Source: Bdellovibrionales bacterium
GTDB lineage: Bacteria > Bdellovibrionota > Bdellovibrionia > Bdellovibrionales > UBA1609
Assembly: GCA_965203785.1 (NCBI GenBank)
Contig: OZ241911.1
Coordinates: forward strand, 736,540-800,539
Length of the DNA stretch: 64,000 bases
Reading direction: 5' to 3'
Shown here one piece after another: positions 1-10,081 of the stretch. Numbering within the stretch: the first letter of the stretch is position 1; each line of letters opens with the position of its first letter. The translations under genes were made by a program, and so were the position numbers. The notes below the pieces were generated by a model, which saw nothing but the letters and a program-made list of their open reading frames with translations, did not search any database and had not been told where the DNA came from.

Positions 1-96
1 ATGAAAAGTAGTTGCAAAAAAGCTTTTCAACCTCCAAAATTGAATTGGCTCAAAAAAATTCGTAATTTTTCGATAAGTTTGTTTCAAAAATAATAG

Positions 97-170
97 TTGG
101 GATAAGCGGACTCGAACCGCTGACCTCTGCCATGTCAAGGCAGTGCTCTAACCAACTGAGCTATATCCCA
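97..170 (-). tRNA. tRNA-Val (anticodon GAC)
   Basis: The reverse complement folds as a cloverleaf: TGGGATA-TA-GCTC-AGTTGGTTA-GAGC-A-CTGCC-TTGACAT-GGCAG-AGGTC-AGCGG-TTCGAGT-CCGCT-TATCCCA-A. The core closely resembles bacterial tRNA-Val(GAC). No CCA is encoded, and the first pair is an unusual U1:A72. Confidence 0.85.
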
Positions 171-422
171 TAAACTTACAACTCTAACAACAATCTTCGT
201 AAAAAATCACAATCAAAAAGCAAAACAAATACAACATAGGCAAGCTGTGGAAAAGGGAGGGCAAAATTGAGTTTCGGATTTGTTCGAAAGATAATCGAAT
301 ATTGACCTTTCAAACAAAACGTATGTCTGAAATTTTGCCCTTTCTTTCCTATGGCTTGCTTCTTTACCATAATCTTATTGTTACTTAAAAAAACTAATCA
401 ACATAAAATCAATCCAAAATTG

Positions 423-2819
423 CTATAAATAACTAGTTGATTGGATATTTTTGAGTTGTTGTTTTAATGTTTTTAAATCGCTAGTTGGTAGCTGACATGC
501 TCCTTTTTCGCATATATAAACTGTGCTTTTATTTCCCATAACTTTTTTCCCAGCTAAGGGAGGTAGTAGTGTTGTGTATTTTTTAACTTCTGAATCCGAT
601 ACAAATACTTTTGCACTGTGTGGTAAATACCATTCATTAATTTCTCGAAATAAAGGGTCTTGAAACAAAAAATTTCGATCCGATAATGAGGCCGGAACAA
701 CTAATACAATTTCATACACTCGGCTATGGTAATAATCTAGGGCAATCATCCAGTCTGAATAACTCATTGGATGATTATTTAATCTAGAACCAATTAATCG
801 AAAAGCTCGTTCAGCTCTTTTCCGATATGATTTTTTTGCAGTCAATACATTTAAACGCAACAGATTTAAAATCGTTACAGAATTACCCGAAGGTTCTGCT
901 CCATCGTAGATTGGTTTTTCTCTTGCCATTAGAGTTTCATGTCTATGACTCGTCATAAAAAAACCACCATGAGTTTTATCTTCAAATTCTTTTTCTAATA
1001 CTTGATCTAAAATTATTGCTTTTTCTAACCATTGCAAATCTCCGCTCGCTACAAACAAATCTAATAAAGCTTGTAGAAAAAAAGCATAATCATCTAAATA
1101 ACCTGCAATGTAAGCTTTTTCTTCTTTCCAGCTATGGTATAAATTTCCGTTAGTTTGTAGGTTGTTCCAAATAAATTGAGCAGATGATAAAGCTTGATTA
1201 AAATATTTTTTATCGCCCAATGCTAAAAAGCCATGCACAAAAGCAGATATCATCAATCCATTCCAAGAAGTTAAAATTTTCTCATCCCTTAAGGGTAAAG
1301 CTCGTTGATTACGAACTTTATATAACTTTTCTCGTGCCGAATACAGTTGATTTTTAGCCTCTGAAACAGATAACTTAAGCTCTTTTGCTGGTAAAGATAA
1401 ATCTTTAGTTATATGTAAAATATTTCGGTTTTCAAAATTTCCCTCTTTTGTGATTCCATAATAGGATTTTACTAATTGAGCTTCTTGAGTATTTAAAGCT
1501 TTATCAATCTCATTCAGAGTCCAGGTAAAATAATAACCCTCCTCTTTTTTACCATTTAAGCTTGTGCTGTCTGCATCAGTGGCAGAATAGAAACCATGAT
1601 TTGGTGATTGCATATCGCGTGCAACATAGTCTAAAATTTGTTGTGCGGTTTCTTTAAAATTTTTATCTTTTAGTAAGTTAAATGCTTCTAAATAAGCTAA
1701 TGCTAACAAAGCTTGATCATAAAGCATTTTTTCAAAATGCGGAACAAGCCATTTTTTATCTGTAGAATAACGATGAAACCCTCCACCGACATGATCCCTT
1801 AACCCTCCGTTGGACATTCCTTTTAAAGATAATTGAATAGCATTTAAAGTGTCTGAATTTTTAGTTTTCAAGTAAGAACGCAAAAGAGCTCGGATAGGTA
1901 GGGAGCTTGGAAACTTAGGAGCTCCAAGTGTGCCTCCATAAGTAGTATCTAATCGATTTTGAACTTGTTTCTGTAATTTGTAAAAAATATCTTTTGAAGG
2001 AATTAATGACTCTTCACTCCCTATTGGAGTAGGAGCTAACATTTTTTGCACTTGCTGTTGTATTTGTATCCCTTGTTGTTTAATTTCATCTGCTTTGTCG
2101 TAATAAAGCTTATGGAGTGTTTTTAATAGAGGTAAAAAACCCATTGAGCGACCTCTATCTCCTGTTCGTGCTGGGAAATAAGTCCCTCCATAAAAAGGCT
2201 TTTTGTCTGCTGTTAGCCACACAGTCATAGGCCACCCCCCATGCCCTGTGGTCAGCTGAACAACACTCATGTAAATTGCATCAATATCGGGACGCTCCTC
2301 CCGATCCACTTTAATAGCTACATAATGTTCGTTTAAATAACGAGCAATTTCTAAATCTTCAAAAGACTCTTCTTCCATTACATGACACCAATGACAAGTG
2401 GAATACCCAATACTCAATAATACGGGGATATTTTTTTGTCGAGCCACTGCAAACGGCTCTTCTCCCCACGGATACCAATTGACCGGATTATGTGCATGTT
2501 GGAGTAAATAAGGACTCCGTTCTAAAAAAAGACGATTAGTAAATAAAGCTTGCCCACTTAAACTTAAATGACGAGTGCGAGGACGATAAGATAACCCACG
2601 CTGTTTTTTTATAACTTTAAATTGATTGATCAAATCTGAAGAAAGATGACTAACCCCAGGTAACCATTCTTTTTTCTCTGCCATGTTTTTTATCCAACCA
2701 CTGATCCATTCTCTATCTAACTTCCAACTAATAAACCAACTAGCACTTCCAACCGATAAAATGCTGATTATAATAATTACTATCCATTTGAATTGCCACA
2801 TTATCGCATAATGTAGCAT
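423..2819 (-). CDS. Thioredoxin-domain protein, DUF255/YyaL-like family, with N-terminal membrane anchor
   Basis: 798-aa ORF. It has the hallmark '[17 protein letters not shown]' motif after '[11 protein letters not shown]', followed by the long helical-repeat C-terminal region typical of this family. Confidence 0.85.
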   Translation of the reverse strand: MLHYAIMWQFKWIVIIIISILSVGSASWFISWKLDREWISGWIKNMAEKKEWLPGVSHLSSDLINQFKVIKKQRGLSYRPRTRHLSLSGQALFTNRLFLERSPYLLQHAHNPVNWYPWGEEPFAVARQKNIPVLLSIGYSTCHWCHVMEEESFEDLEIARYLNEHYVAIKVDREERPDIDAIYMSVVQLTTGHGGWPMTVWLTADKKPFYGGTYFPARTGDRGRSMGFLPLLKTLHKLYYDKADEIKQQGIQIQQQVQKMLAPTPIGSEESLIPSKDIFYKLQKQVQNRLDTTYGGTLGAPKFPSSLPIRALLRSYLKTKNSDTLNAIQLSLKGMSNGGLRDHVGGGFHRYSTDKKWLVPHFEKMLYDQALLALAYLEAFNLLKDKNFKETAQQILDYVARDMQSPNHGFYSATDADSTSLNGKKEEGYYFTWTLNEIDKALNTQEAQLVKSYYGITKEGNFENRNILHITKDLSLPAKELKLSVSEAKNQLYSAREKLYKVRNQRALPLRDEKILTSWNGLMISAFVHGFLALGDKKYFNQALSSAQFIWNNLQTNGNLYHSWKEEKAYIAGYLDDYAFFLQALLDLFVASGDLQWLEKAIILDQVLEKEFEDKTHGGFFMTSHRHETLMAREKPIYDGAEPSGNSVTILNLLRLNVLTAKKSYRKRAERAFRLIGSRLNNHPMSYSDWMIALDYYHSRVYEIVLVVPASLSDRNFLFQDPLFREINEWYLPHSAKVFVSDSEVKKYTTLLPPLAGKKVMGNKSTVYICEKGACQLPTSDLKTLKQQLKNIQSTSYL

Positions 2820-3018
2820 AATTTTTTAAAACAACATACTAACTTGTGGTTTGTGTAAAATAAGTGCATAAAATAAGTTAGTTAAGTAAATACTGTTTGT
2901 AAATATGGCTCTTTACAATTTACAATCTGAAATGTGACCAAAGTATAAAGCTGTGACCAAAGTGTGAGGCAACAATATAAAGCTGAAATATAAAGCAAAA
3001 ATGTAAAGTAATTAAAGC

Positions 3019-3495
3019 ATGAAACAAAAACTCCAATTTGTTCAAATTTTTATCAAATTTTTGGTGGTATCTTTTGTCGTTATCGCTGGATGGGTTATTT
3101 TTTCTAACCATCTTATTTCTAAGCCATTTATCTCTAAGCCATCTATTTCTAATTCTAAGCCAGCTTCTTTAGGGGTTGTTCTCTGTCGAGAAACTCCCTC
3201 TGGTCAGTTGGTTTCTGGTTCTCAAACAATTCTTCCTATTTTTAAGAAAGACGGAAGCTTACAATGCAAAAATAAAAAAAATAACTCTCTCAAAATTATG
3301 ACCCAAAAACTCAAAAACTTAAATGTAAAAATAATCAAAAGCTCTAAGGGATACCTCATAGGTGGTCGAAAACCATCTGTTTGTGGTTTTCCCACTAATC
3401 ATATTAATATTTTCTATGTCCCTTCTCATCAAACCTCCTCACTACTAGAAAAAGGTTTTAAACTTTGTATCAAACCATCACAATCTCAAAATTGA
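3019..3495 (+). CDS. Hypothetical membrane-anchored/secreted protein
   Basis: 158-aa ORF with an N-terminal hydrophobic helix ('FLVVSFVVIAGWVIF') and an 'ISKPFISKPSISNSKP' repeat. No recognisable family. Confidence 0.35.
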   Translation: MKQKLQFVQIFIKFLVVSFVVIAGWVIFSNHLISKPFISKPSISNSKPASLGVVLCRETPSGQLVSGSQTILPIFKKDGSLQCKNKKNNSLKIMTQKLKNLNVKIIKSSKGYLIGGRKPSVCGFPTNHINIFYVPSHQTSSLLEKGFKLCIKPSQSQN

Positions 3496-3934
3496 ACCGG
3501 TCAATAGCATATACCTTACTTTAAAAAAATCTTATGAATAACGAAAATGTATAAATATTTTCGCAATGTATATTTACAAAAGTGATTTCACTTTTTTAAT
3601 CGAACTTAGCAGACAACTCCTGTTTTGTAAGGTTTTGGCAGATTTTCTTACAGAGAACCTGATTCAAAAAAATAATTAAATGTCAAGTCCTTGACTACAT
3701 ACTGTCATTTTTAAAGAATAGGTTAAAAGAGTAGAAAAATGAGCTGTGGGGGCGATGAAGACCAGGATGTTTAAGAGTTTTTAAGTTAAGGAGGATTAAC
3801 ATCGCCTCTTTTTTGTTTGTGGACAGATGATCAAATATCAGATAATTTATTGATTTTGGTGGAGTATTTGAATTTTAGGGCATTTTAATAACAGTGTATT
3901 TGGGATGAGATTTATTTAATGAGGGTTATATTTG

Positions 3935-4240
3935 GTGGCTAAAAAAAGTTTAATTGTAAAAAATAACAGACGAAGAACATTAGCTTTTAAGCATCAATCG
4001 TTGCGTGCAAAGCTTAGAAAGCAAGTATCTAATGTCAAATTATCGGATCAAGAGAGGTTATCTGCTGGTATTTCTTTACAAAAATTACCTAAAAATAGCT
4101 GTTTTGTGAGAGTGACTCATCGTTGTCAAATTACAGGTCGTCCGCGAGGTAATTTGCGTCGATTTGGGCTGTCGCGATTAATGTTTCGTCAATTAGCACA
4201 TCAAGGGAAAATCCCTGGTGTCATTAAATCCAGTTGGTGA
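3935..4240 (+). CDS. rpsN: 30S ribosomal protein S14
   Basis: It starts '(M)[13 protein letters not shown]' and has the C-terminal '[39 protein letters not shown]' typical of long-form S14. GTG at 3935 is the likely start; the ORF track begins one codon earlier at TTG 3932. The stop is TGA. Confidence 0.93.
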   Translation: MAKKSLIVKNNRRRTLAFKHQSLRAKLRKQVSNVKLSDQERLSAGISLQKLPKNSCFVRVTHRCQITGRPRGNLRRFGLSRLMFRQLAHQGKIPGVIKSSW

Positions 4241-4295
4241 TCCGTTTTTTAACCTTTTTTTGTAGTTTTTTGGTAGTTATCGAAGGGTTGACTTT

Positions 4296-4859
4296 ATGAA
4301 GCATATTATTTCAGCCACTAATCGACCAGATTCTAATAGTTATCAAGTGGCTTTAATTTTGCAGAACATTTATAAACAATTGGGTCACACATTGGATATT
4401 ATTTCTTTAAAGCAAGTGCCTTTTGAGCTACTTATAAAAAAACCTTATCCACAAATATTACCTAAAGAAGTGCAAAATATTGTTGCGACACTTAATAGTT
4501 CGTCTGGTTTTGCGATTGTTTGTCCAGAATACAATGGCTCTTTCCCCGGCATTTTTAAATTTTTTATTGATCATTGGAGTTATCCGGCTACTTTTGAATA
4601 TCGTCCAATGTGTTTTGTAGGTTTGGGTGGGCGATTTGGTGGGCTCAGAGCTGTAGAACAATTGCAGCAAATTATGGGTTATCGAAATGCATTTATTTAT
4701 CCTCAAAGAATTTTCTTGCAAAATATTGAAGACATTTTACATAATCATGTGATTAAAGATCAAAATTTGATGGATTTGCTAGTCAAACAAGCTAAGGGTT
4801 TTTTAAAATTTGTTTCTGCATTGGAAGAAAAAAAATTAACTGCTAATTATTTGGTTTAA
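4296..4859 (+). CDS. NAD(P)H-dependent FMN reductase-family oxidoreductase (flavodoxin-like fold)
   Basis: 187 aa. 'CPEYNGSFPGIFKFFIDHW' matches the conserved SPEYNGS.PG.LKN.ID motif of the FMN_red family. Confidence 0.7.
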   Translation: MKHIISATNRPDSNSYQVALILQNIYKQLGHTLDIISLKQVPFELLIKKPYPQILPKEVQNIVATLNSSSGFAIVCPEYNGSFPGIFKFFIDHWSYPATFEYRPMCFVGLGGRFGGLRAVEQLQQIMGYRNAFIYPQRIFLQNIEDILHNHVIKDQNLMDLLVKQAKGFLKFVSALEEKKLTANYLV

Positions 4860-4860
4860 A

Positions 4861-5898
4861 ATGGCACTCACTGTTCAATCGTTAAAATCCCAACTGGAAG
4901 CTTTATTTCAGTCAGCTGAGAAAGATTTTCAATCGGCTCAGACTTCTGATGATTTATACCAACTCAAAGTTAAATATTTAGGGCTGAAAGGTTCTTTTCA
5001 AAAATTGATTAAAGAGATGAAACATTTACCTTCTTCGGATAAGCCAATTTTTGGAAAATTTCTTAATCAAAAAAAAAATAGTTTAGAAAATGTTTATATT
5101 CGGTTTCGTTCAGTTTTAAAAAAACAAGAATTAAATAAACGGGTTGAGGGTGAAAAATTAGATATGAGTTTACCGGGTGTGTCGTCCACTTCAGCTGGTA
5201 TTCATCCGGTTCGTCAGATTATTCAAAAAACAGTTAGTATTTTTAAAAAACTAGGTTACAGTGTTCGCACAGGACCTATGATTGAAAGCGATTGGAATAA
5301 TTTTCAGGCTCTTAATATTCCTAAAAATCATCCTTCTCGTGATTTGCAAGACACTTTTTACATCGACGATTTGAATGTTTTGCGAACTCATACTAGCCCC
5401 ATTCAAGTTCGAACCATGAAAGAAGAAAAACCTCCTTTAGCTATTTTAGCTCCTGGGAAAGTTTTCAGAAGGGATAACGATATTTCTCACTCTCCTACTT
5501 TTCATCAAGTGGAGGGAATGTTTATTGATCGTGAAGTTTCTATGGCTCATCTTAAAGGCACTTTGGCTTATTTTGTTCAAGAGTTGTTTGGATCTTCCAC
5601 TCGTGTCCGTTTTCGCCCCAGTTACTTTCCGTTTACAGAACCTTCAGCTGAATATGATTGTTCTTGTCCATTGTGTGGTGGGAAGTCTTGTTCGATGTGT
5701 AAACAAAGTGGCTGGATGGAGATTGGAGGGTGTGGGTTAATGCACCCAAAGGTGTTGCAACTTTCTGATATTGATCCATCTCAATGGGAAGGATTTGCCT
5801 TTGGTCTGGGAGTTGAGAGACTAGCGATTGTCTATTACGGCATCCCTCACATTCGTTTATTTTTTGAAAACGATATACGGTTTTTACAACAATTCTAA
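4861..5898 (+). CDS. pheS: Phenylalanine--tRNA ligase alpha subunit
   Basis: 345 aa with an N-terminal coiled-coil region and class II motifs 'FRRDNDISHSPTFHQVEG' and 'GFAFGLGVERLA'. No pheT follows it. Confidence 0.95.
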   Translation: MALTVQSLKSQLEALFQSAEKDFQSAQTSDDLYQLKVKYLGLKGSFQKLIKEMKHLPSSDKPIFGKFLNQKKNSLENVYIRFRSVLKKQELNKRVEGEKLDMSLPGVSSTSAGIHPVRQIIQKTVSIFKKLGYSVRTGPMIESDWNNFQALNIPKNHPSRDLQDTFYIDDLNVLRTHTSPIQVRTMKEEKPPLAILAPGKVFRRDNDISHSPTFHQVEGMFIDREVSMAHLKGTLAYFVQELFGSSTRVRFRPSYFPFTEPSAEYDCSCPLCGGKSCSMCKQSGWMEIGGCGLMHPKVLQLSDIDPSQWEGFAFGLGVERLAIVYYGIPHIRLFFENDIRFLQQF

Positions 5899-5953
5899 AA
5901 TATTAAATAGAAAGTTGACTATAAAAATTAAGGCATCAATAATAAAAATCATT

Positions 5954-7801
5954 ATGAAATATTTGTTATGTATAGGGAGTGTGTGGTTTTTTAGTTATTC
6001 TGTTATTTCTAAAGCAGACGACAGCCTACCGTTTTATGAAACATGTAACTGGAAAAATGCAGCTTTTACAAATCAGTTAGTTAAAGATACTGAGCAATTT
6101 CTCTATGGTTCGACACAAATGAAATCTTTGTGTACAAAATGTTTAAAAGATAAAATTTTTTTAGATCAAAATACTCGTTCACTTTCGGAAGTAATGGAGC
6201 ATACAGGTCGAATTCCTCCTATTTGTTTTTTAGCTGCTGGTTTGAGGAGTGTAGGGGTTTATCAATCCAAAAGAGTGAAAAAAAAATCTTATTATTATTG
6301 CGAAAGCTCTAAGGCTTCTCGTCCAGAATCATTAATGCCTTTTGTCCGATGTAATAATAAATCTGGTAAAAAAACTAATTGTTTAAATAAGAATAAAAGA
6401 AAGCGAGCAACTAACAAAATATATCCTAACAAACCTTGTTTAAGCTCTGAGTATATTCGTGCTACGGCAAAAGCTTTTAATGATATGGCTGATTGTTTTA
6501 ACTTTTCCAGTTTGGAAGACAAAAAACATTTATTTGCTCTTTTTAATCATCAATCGGCATTTTTATTAAATAAAAGAGGATCGATGCCTGATGATTCAAT
6601 ACCAGAAGATTTATCCAAACAAAACTCTTGTTATGGGCAAGTCAGTAACGAGCAAGTTATGGATATTAATGTAGATATTCGTTATCCCACAGAGGTTTGG
6701 GGAGGGAAGTCTGGTCACTTTATTTATCGATCTGCAATAAAGAAATGTCCACATCTTAAAAATCGGATTCCACTTCTCAAATTTTGTCGTCAAAAAAAGA
6801 AAAAAGGCAAGAAAACTGTAGAACAGAAGAGAGAGCAATATCGTGCTTGCTTAGAAAAGAATCATAGTGGTGCTATGGCTTGTAATGTATCTCATAATCC
6901 TTATTCATGCTTATTTTATTCTTTATTTCAAATTCAGAAAGATAAATCACGATTTGCTATAGAAACAACCAGACAAGATTTAGCTTTGGCTGCGATTTAT
7001 AGAGAAAAAATTAATCAGTTACAAACTCAAAAAACAGGCTTAAGTTTTCTCGAAAAACTAACTGCTTATTTAGGGATAGATGTAGTGGGTGATATAGAGA
7101 AACAAAAAAAAACACAATTACGAATTGTTCGATTATTAACAAGAAAATTTAAACTACCAGTTTTATCTAATGAGATGTTGTCAGTTCATGTTGATACTTT
7201 TCATAAAACAAGAGGTGAAGAAAAAACAAAGCGTATTTTTAACAATTTATCAGAGGTACATAGTTTTTTTACAGATCCTAATCTTTTTTATGATGAGAAA
7301 ACTTTGCGAGTAAAAAAAACAAAAATTTTTAAAGAGCGGGATTTCAACTGGGCGTTTGTGCATTGGTTAAGACAGCCAGGGATTCATTTATCTGTTGACA
7401 ATATTCCTTATTTTATGGGGTATGTTAAGAGTCGTATTCAAACAGATAGCCGTTACAGAGATTCTATTTTATCTGGTCAGTCTTTGGCATTATCAGATTT
7501 GAGCAAGGAGTTTGATCAATATGCGAAAGAAAACGATATATACAGTCGAAACTACCCTCAATCTAATGGTTTTTTAAGAGCAATAGATAAAAATCTTGGT
7601 TATTTATTCAACAAAGACAATCAATTAAAAAGAGATTTAAAAAGTATGCATAGAGATCGTCCTCTTACAGAAGGTCAGGTGAATAATTTTTTACAACGAG
7701 TGCGTTTTTCTTGTCCCACTGGGTTGCTTAAACAGGTAGAGGAACAAAAGAGAGATTCTTACAAAAAAAGTAAATCTTTCAAAAACAAGATATATTTATA
7801 G
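5954..7801 (+). CDS. Secreted Lys/Cys-rich hypothetical protein
   Basis: This is the long ORF 5828..7801. ATG 5954 is the likely start and gives the signal peptide 'MKYLLCIGSVWFFSYSVISKA'; starting there also removes the overlap with pheS. No recognisable family. Confidence 0.5.
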   Translation: MKYLLCIGSVWFFSYSVISKADDSLPFYETCNWKNAAFTNQLVKDTEQFLYGSTQMKSLCTKCLKDKIFLDQNTRSLSEVMEHTGRIPPICFLAAGLRSVGVYQSKRVKKKSYYYCESSKASRPESLMPFVRCNNKSGKKTNCLNKNKRKRATNKIYPNKPCLSSEYIRATAKAFNDMADCFNFSSLEDKKHLFALFNHQSAFLLNKRGSMPDDSIPEDLSKQNSCYGQVSNEQVMDINVDIRYPTEVWGGKSGHFIYRSAIKKCPHLKNRIPLLKFCRQKKKKGKKTVEQKREQYRACLEKNHSGAMACNVSHNPYSCLFYSLFQIQKDKSRFAIETTRQDLALAAIYREKINQLQTQKTGLSFLEKLTAYLGIDVVGDIEKQKKTQLRIVRLLTRKFKLPVLSNEMLSVHVDTFHKTRGEEKTKRIFNNLSEVHSFFTDPNLFYDEKTLRVKKTKIFKERDFNWAFVHWLRQPGIHLSVDNIPYFMGYVKSRIQTDSRYRDSILSGQSLALSDLSKEFDQYAKENDIYSRNYPQSNGFLRAIDKNLGYLFNKDNQLKRDLKSMHRDRPLTEGQVNNFLQRVRFSCPTGLLKQVEEQKRDSYKKSKSFKNKIYL

Positions 7802-7966
7802 CATATTTTTAAATTATTTATTTTTTTCTATTTTATCTAATTTTATCTAAAAATTCGTATAGAATAAGCTTATTTCGGGTTAAGTGTGTAAAATTTACAG
7901 TGATTGATTAAAAAAATGTAAAATAATGTTTTATTTTTTGTTCATTTAATTGTAAAAAGTTATTTA

Positions 7967-7986
7967 TATGTATGTATGTATGTATG
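7967..7986. repeat. (TATG)5 tetranucleotide microsatellite
   Basis: Five perfect tandem TATG units lie directly upstream of the HEAT-repeat gene. Confidence 0.9.
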
Positions 7987-8041
7987 AACTGTCTCTATGA
8001 CTTATATAGGTTTTTTAATTGGAGCATATCAGTTAGAGAAT

Positions 8042-10042
8042 ATGAAATCATTTATTGGCGGTATTTTTGTTCTTATTGTTTCTGTGTGTGGAGTATGGGC
8101 TGAAACACCACCAACTGACACACCCCCAACTGAAACACCGCAGTTAGATGTAGACAGTTTAATTTATCCTCCCGATTGGTTAAAAGAATATACAAGTGTG
8201 CGTTCTTCCAATCAAAAAATTACCTCTTTGCATTTTTTAGATGTTGCTTGGCGATCTTTACAATCGAATCCTGTTGTAGCTTCTGATCCAAAACTTTTTG
8301 CAAAAGCTAAGTCGAATTTTGTCCCTCTATTACTAAATTTTTTAGATAACTCGAGTACACCTGTTCGTTTAGAGGCAATTCATGTTTTAAAGCAATTGAA
8401 TAATCCTCCTAAAGAAATGTGGAGAAAAATAGCTGAAATAGCTCTTTCTGATTCAGCTTTTATTTTACGCACAGAAGCTTTTGTTGCTTTAGATTCTGCT
8501 GAATTTTTAGATTATTCGGTACAAGAATATTTATCTTCCGGTTTACAAAATCAATTATTAGCCTTTCGTAAAAAAACTTATCGAATTTTATCTAAGCAAG
8601 AGTATTTGTCTCCTTCAGTGGAACAAAAATTAAAACAAGCTTTTGAGAAAGAAAAATATCTTAAAACAAAATCTTTTTCTGAAATAGAACATTACTATCA
8701 AAAAGCACAAGGTAACAAATCTCTTCAGATGTTTCTTTCTAGAATACAAGATTTTGATCGATCCAGCATGGAAGTATCTGAATTTTTAGGTAATACTTTG
8801 CAAAAAAAACTATCTCATGATGATTTATTAAAAACCATTCAAACAGTTAGAGAATTAAAAATGTTTGATTCGAATACTATTGATCCAATGTTGTCTATGT
8901 TACCTCATGTAGAAGAAGAGATTCAAAAAGAAATTATTCGAGCACTTATACAAACTCGATCCATTTGGGATTTTAGTATTTTTAATAGAATTACCAATGT
9001 TTTATTTTATTTACACTATCGATCACAGTTAGAAACCTATTATCTGTTAGAAAAATTATTGTGGTCTAATCCAAAAGTGCAAAAAAGTATGGAGACTATT
9101 TTATATAGCAACCAACCATTGCATAGTGATTTGAGGAATTTGGTGTTTTCTCCTCATTCTCGTTATAGATTAGCAGGTCTTTGGTTTTTGAGTGAGATCC
9201 CTAGTTTATCAAAAGAAGACTTTAAACAAAAATTATTGCATTTTTTTTCGGGATATTCTCTTTTTAAACAAGCGATGTCTTTTTTCGGATTGCCATATTT
9301 GTTTTCTATAAATCAAGATATAGAAATACAAAAAACTCTAATCCATCAGATAAAACACAATCATTCACCTATGGTTCGCACATTTATTATCCATTGTTTT
9401 AAAAATCTGAAAATTACCGATTTTTCTATCATAAAAGATATATTTCGTGTTCTACACTCTGATATTTCAGCGAGTGTTCGATCCAATGCGACTTATGCTT
9501 TAGGATTAATTAATTGGGGTCATGATTCACTTTCATTAGATCTAAAAAATCAATTTATAGAGTATTTAATAAAAATTGTAAAAACTCAATTAGCTATTGA
9601 TCGAATAACTTATCAGAAGCAATCTCAGAAGCAAAAAACAGCTAATAAAAATATTTCTATGCATGTAACTATGAATGAAGTAAAAGCAGCTATATGGGTT
9701 CTTGGTCAAATTCGTCCTCAAGAATTGGTGGCACATCAGGTATTAACAGGTTTTTTAAAAAGCTCTAGTCGTGAAAATCAGCGATTAGCTTACCGTGCTT
9801 TACAAAAGATCGGTCCTTCCGACCCTTTGGTTTTACAACAAATGAAGCAAATCGAGTCCTATATGGAAAACTGGCTACCAGTAGCTAAAGTAGAAAAAGA
9901 ACAGAATTTAACCGAAGAAGAATTATTGACTGAAACTCATACAGAAACTCATAAAGATATTGATATAGAAACCAACATAAAAAACCCAAAAGAAAGTCAA
10001 AAAACAGCTACGAGTTCTTGTAAAAAAACTTTTGAAAAATAA
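8042..10042 (+). CDS. Secreted HEAT-repeat protein
   Basis: ORF 7997..10042. Met at 8042 gives the signal peptide 'MKSFIGGIFVLIVSVCGVWA'. HEAT-like helical repeats recur ('TPVRLEAIHVLKQL', 'SPMVRTFIIHCF', 'ASVRSNATYALG', 'ENQRLAYRALQKIG'). Confidence 0.6.
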   Translation: MKSFIGGIFVLIVSVCGVWAETPPTDTPPTETPQLDVDSLIYPPDWLKEYTSVRSSNQKITSLHFLDVAWRSLQSNPVVASDPKLFAKAKSNFVPLLLNFLDNSSTPVRLEAIHVLKQLNNPPKEMWRKIAEIALSDSAFILRTEAFVALDSAEFLDYSVQEYLSSGLQNQLLAFRKKTYRILSKQEYLSPSVEQKLKQAFEKEKYLKTKSFSEIEHYYQKAQGNKSLQMFLSRIQDFDRSSMEVSEFLGNTLQKKLSHDDLLKTIQTVRELKMFDSNTIDPMLSMLPHVEEEIQKEIIRALIQTRSIWDFSIFNRITNVLFYLHYRSQLETYYLLEKLLWSNPKVQKSMETILYSNQPLHSDLRNLVFSPHSRYRLAGLWFLSEIPSLSKEDFKQKLLHFFSGYSLFKQAMSFFGLPYLFSINQDIEIQKTLIHQIKHNHSPMVRTFIIHCFKNLKITDFSIIKDIFRVLHSDISASVRSNATYALGLINWGHDSLSLDLKNQFIEYLIKIVKTQLAIDRITYQKQSQKQKTANKNISMHVTMNEVKAAIWVLGQIRPQELVAHQVLTGFLKSSSRENQRLAYRALQKIGPSDPLVLQQMKQIESYMENWLPVAKVEKEQNLTEEELLTETHTETHKDIDIETNIKNPKESQKTATSSCKKTFEK

Positions 10043-10081
10043 ATCTGGTATAATGGGTGTCTTTATTTTATTATTTAACTG

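Noticed and set aside
1-93. 30-codon ORF at the window start ('MKSSCKKAFQPPKLNWLKKIRNFSISLFQK').
   Set aside because: It is very short, has no recognisable motif, and lies adjacent to the tRNA-Val 3' flank. It is probably non-coding.
176-370. Short or antisense ORFs in the six-frame track. Examples: 176..370, 2920..3111, 4458..4721, 5525..5740, 6295..6522, 6611..6838, 10182..10520, 14013..14213, 17565..17804, 18650..18856, 20379..21059, 23255..23467, 25940..26540, 27820..28044, 30589..30774, 45772..46020, 59031..59426, 63174..63516.
   Set aside because: All lie inside or antisense to longer ORFs with clear family signatures. They have low-complexity or AT-driven composition and no recognisable motifs, so they are treated as spurious.
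3751-3814. GGCGATG...CATCGCC inverted repeat followed by a T-run upstream of rpsN, plus the 14-bp palindrome GTCAAGTCCTTGAC at 3682-3695. These were considered as a terminator, leader or small RNA.
   Set aside because: The loop is ~42 nt with no convincing inner structure. I could not match it to any known RNA family (SRP, 6S, r-protein leader) by eye. A covariance-model scan (Rfam/Infernal) would be needed.
5899-7801. Absence of pheT directly after pheS, considered as a possible anomaly.
   Set aside because: pheS and pheT are separated in some genomes, and pheT may lie outside the window. This cannot be assessed here.
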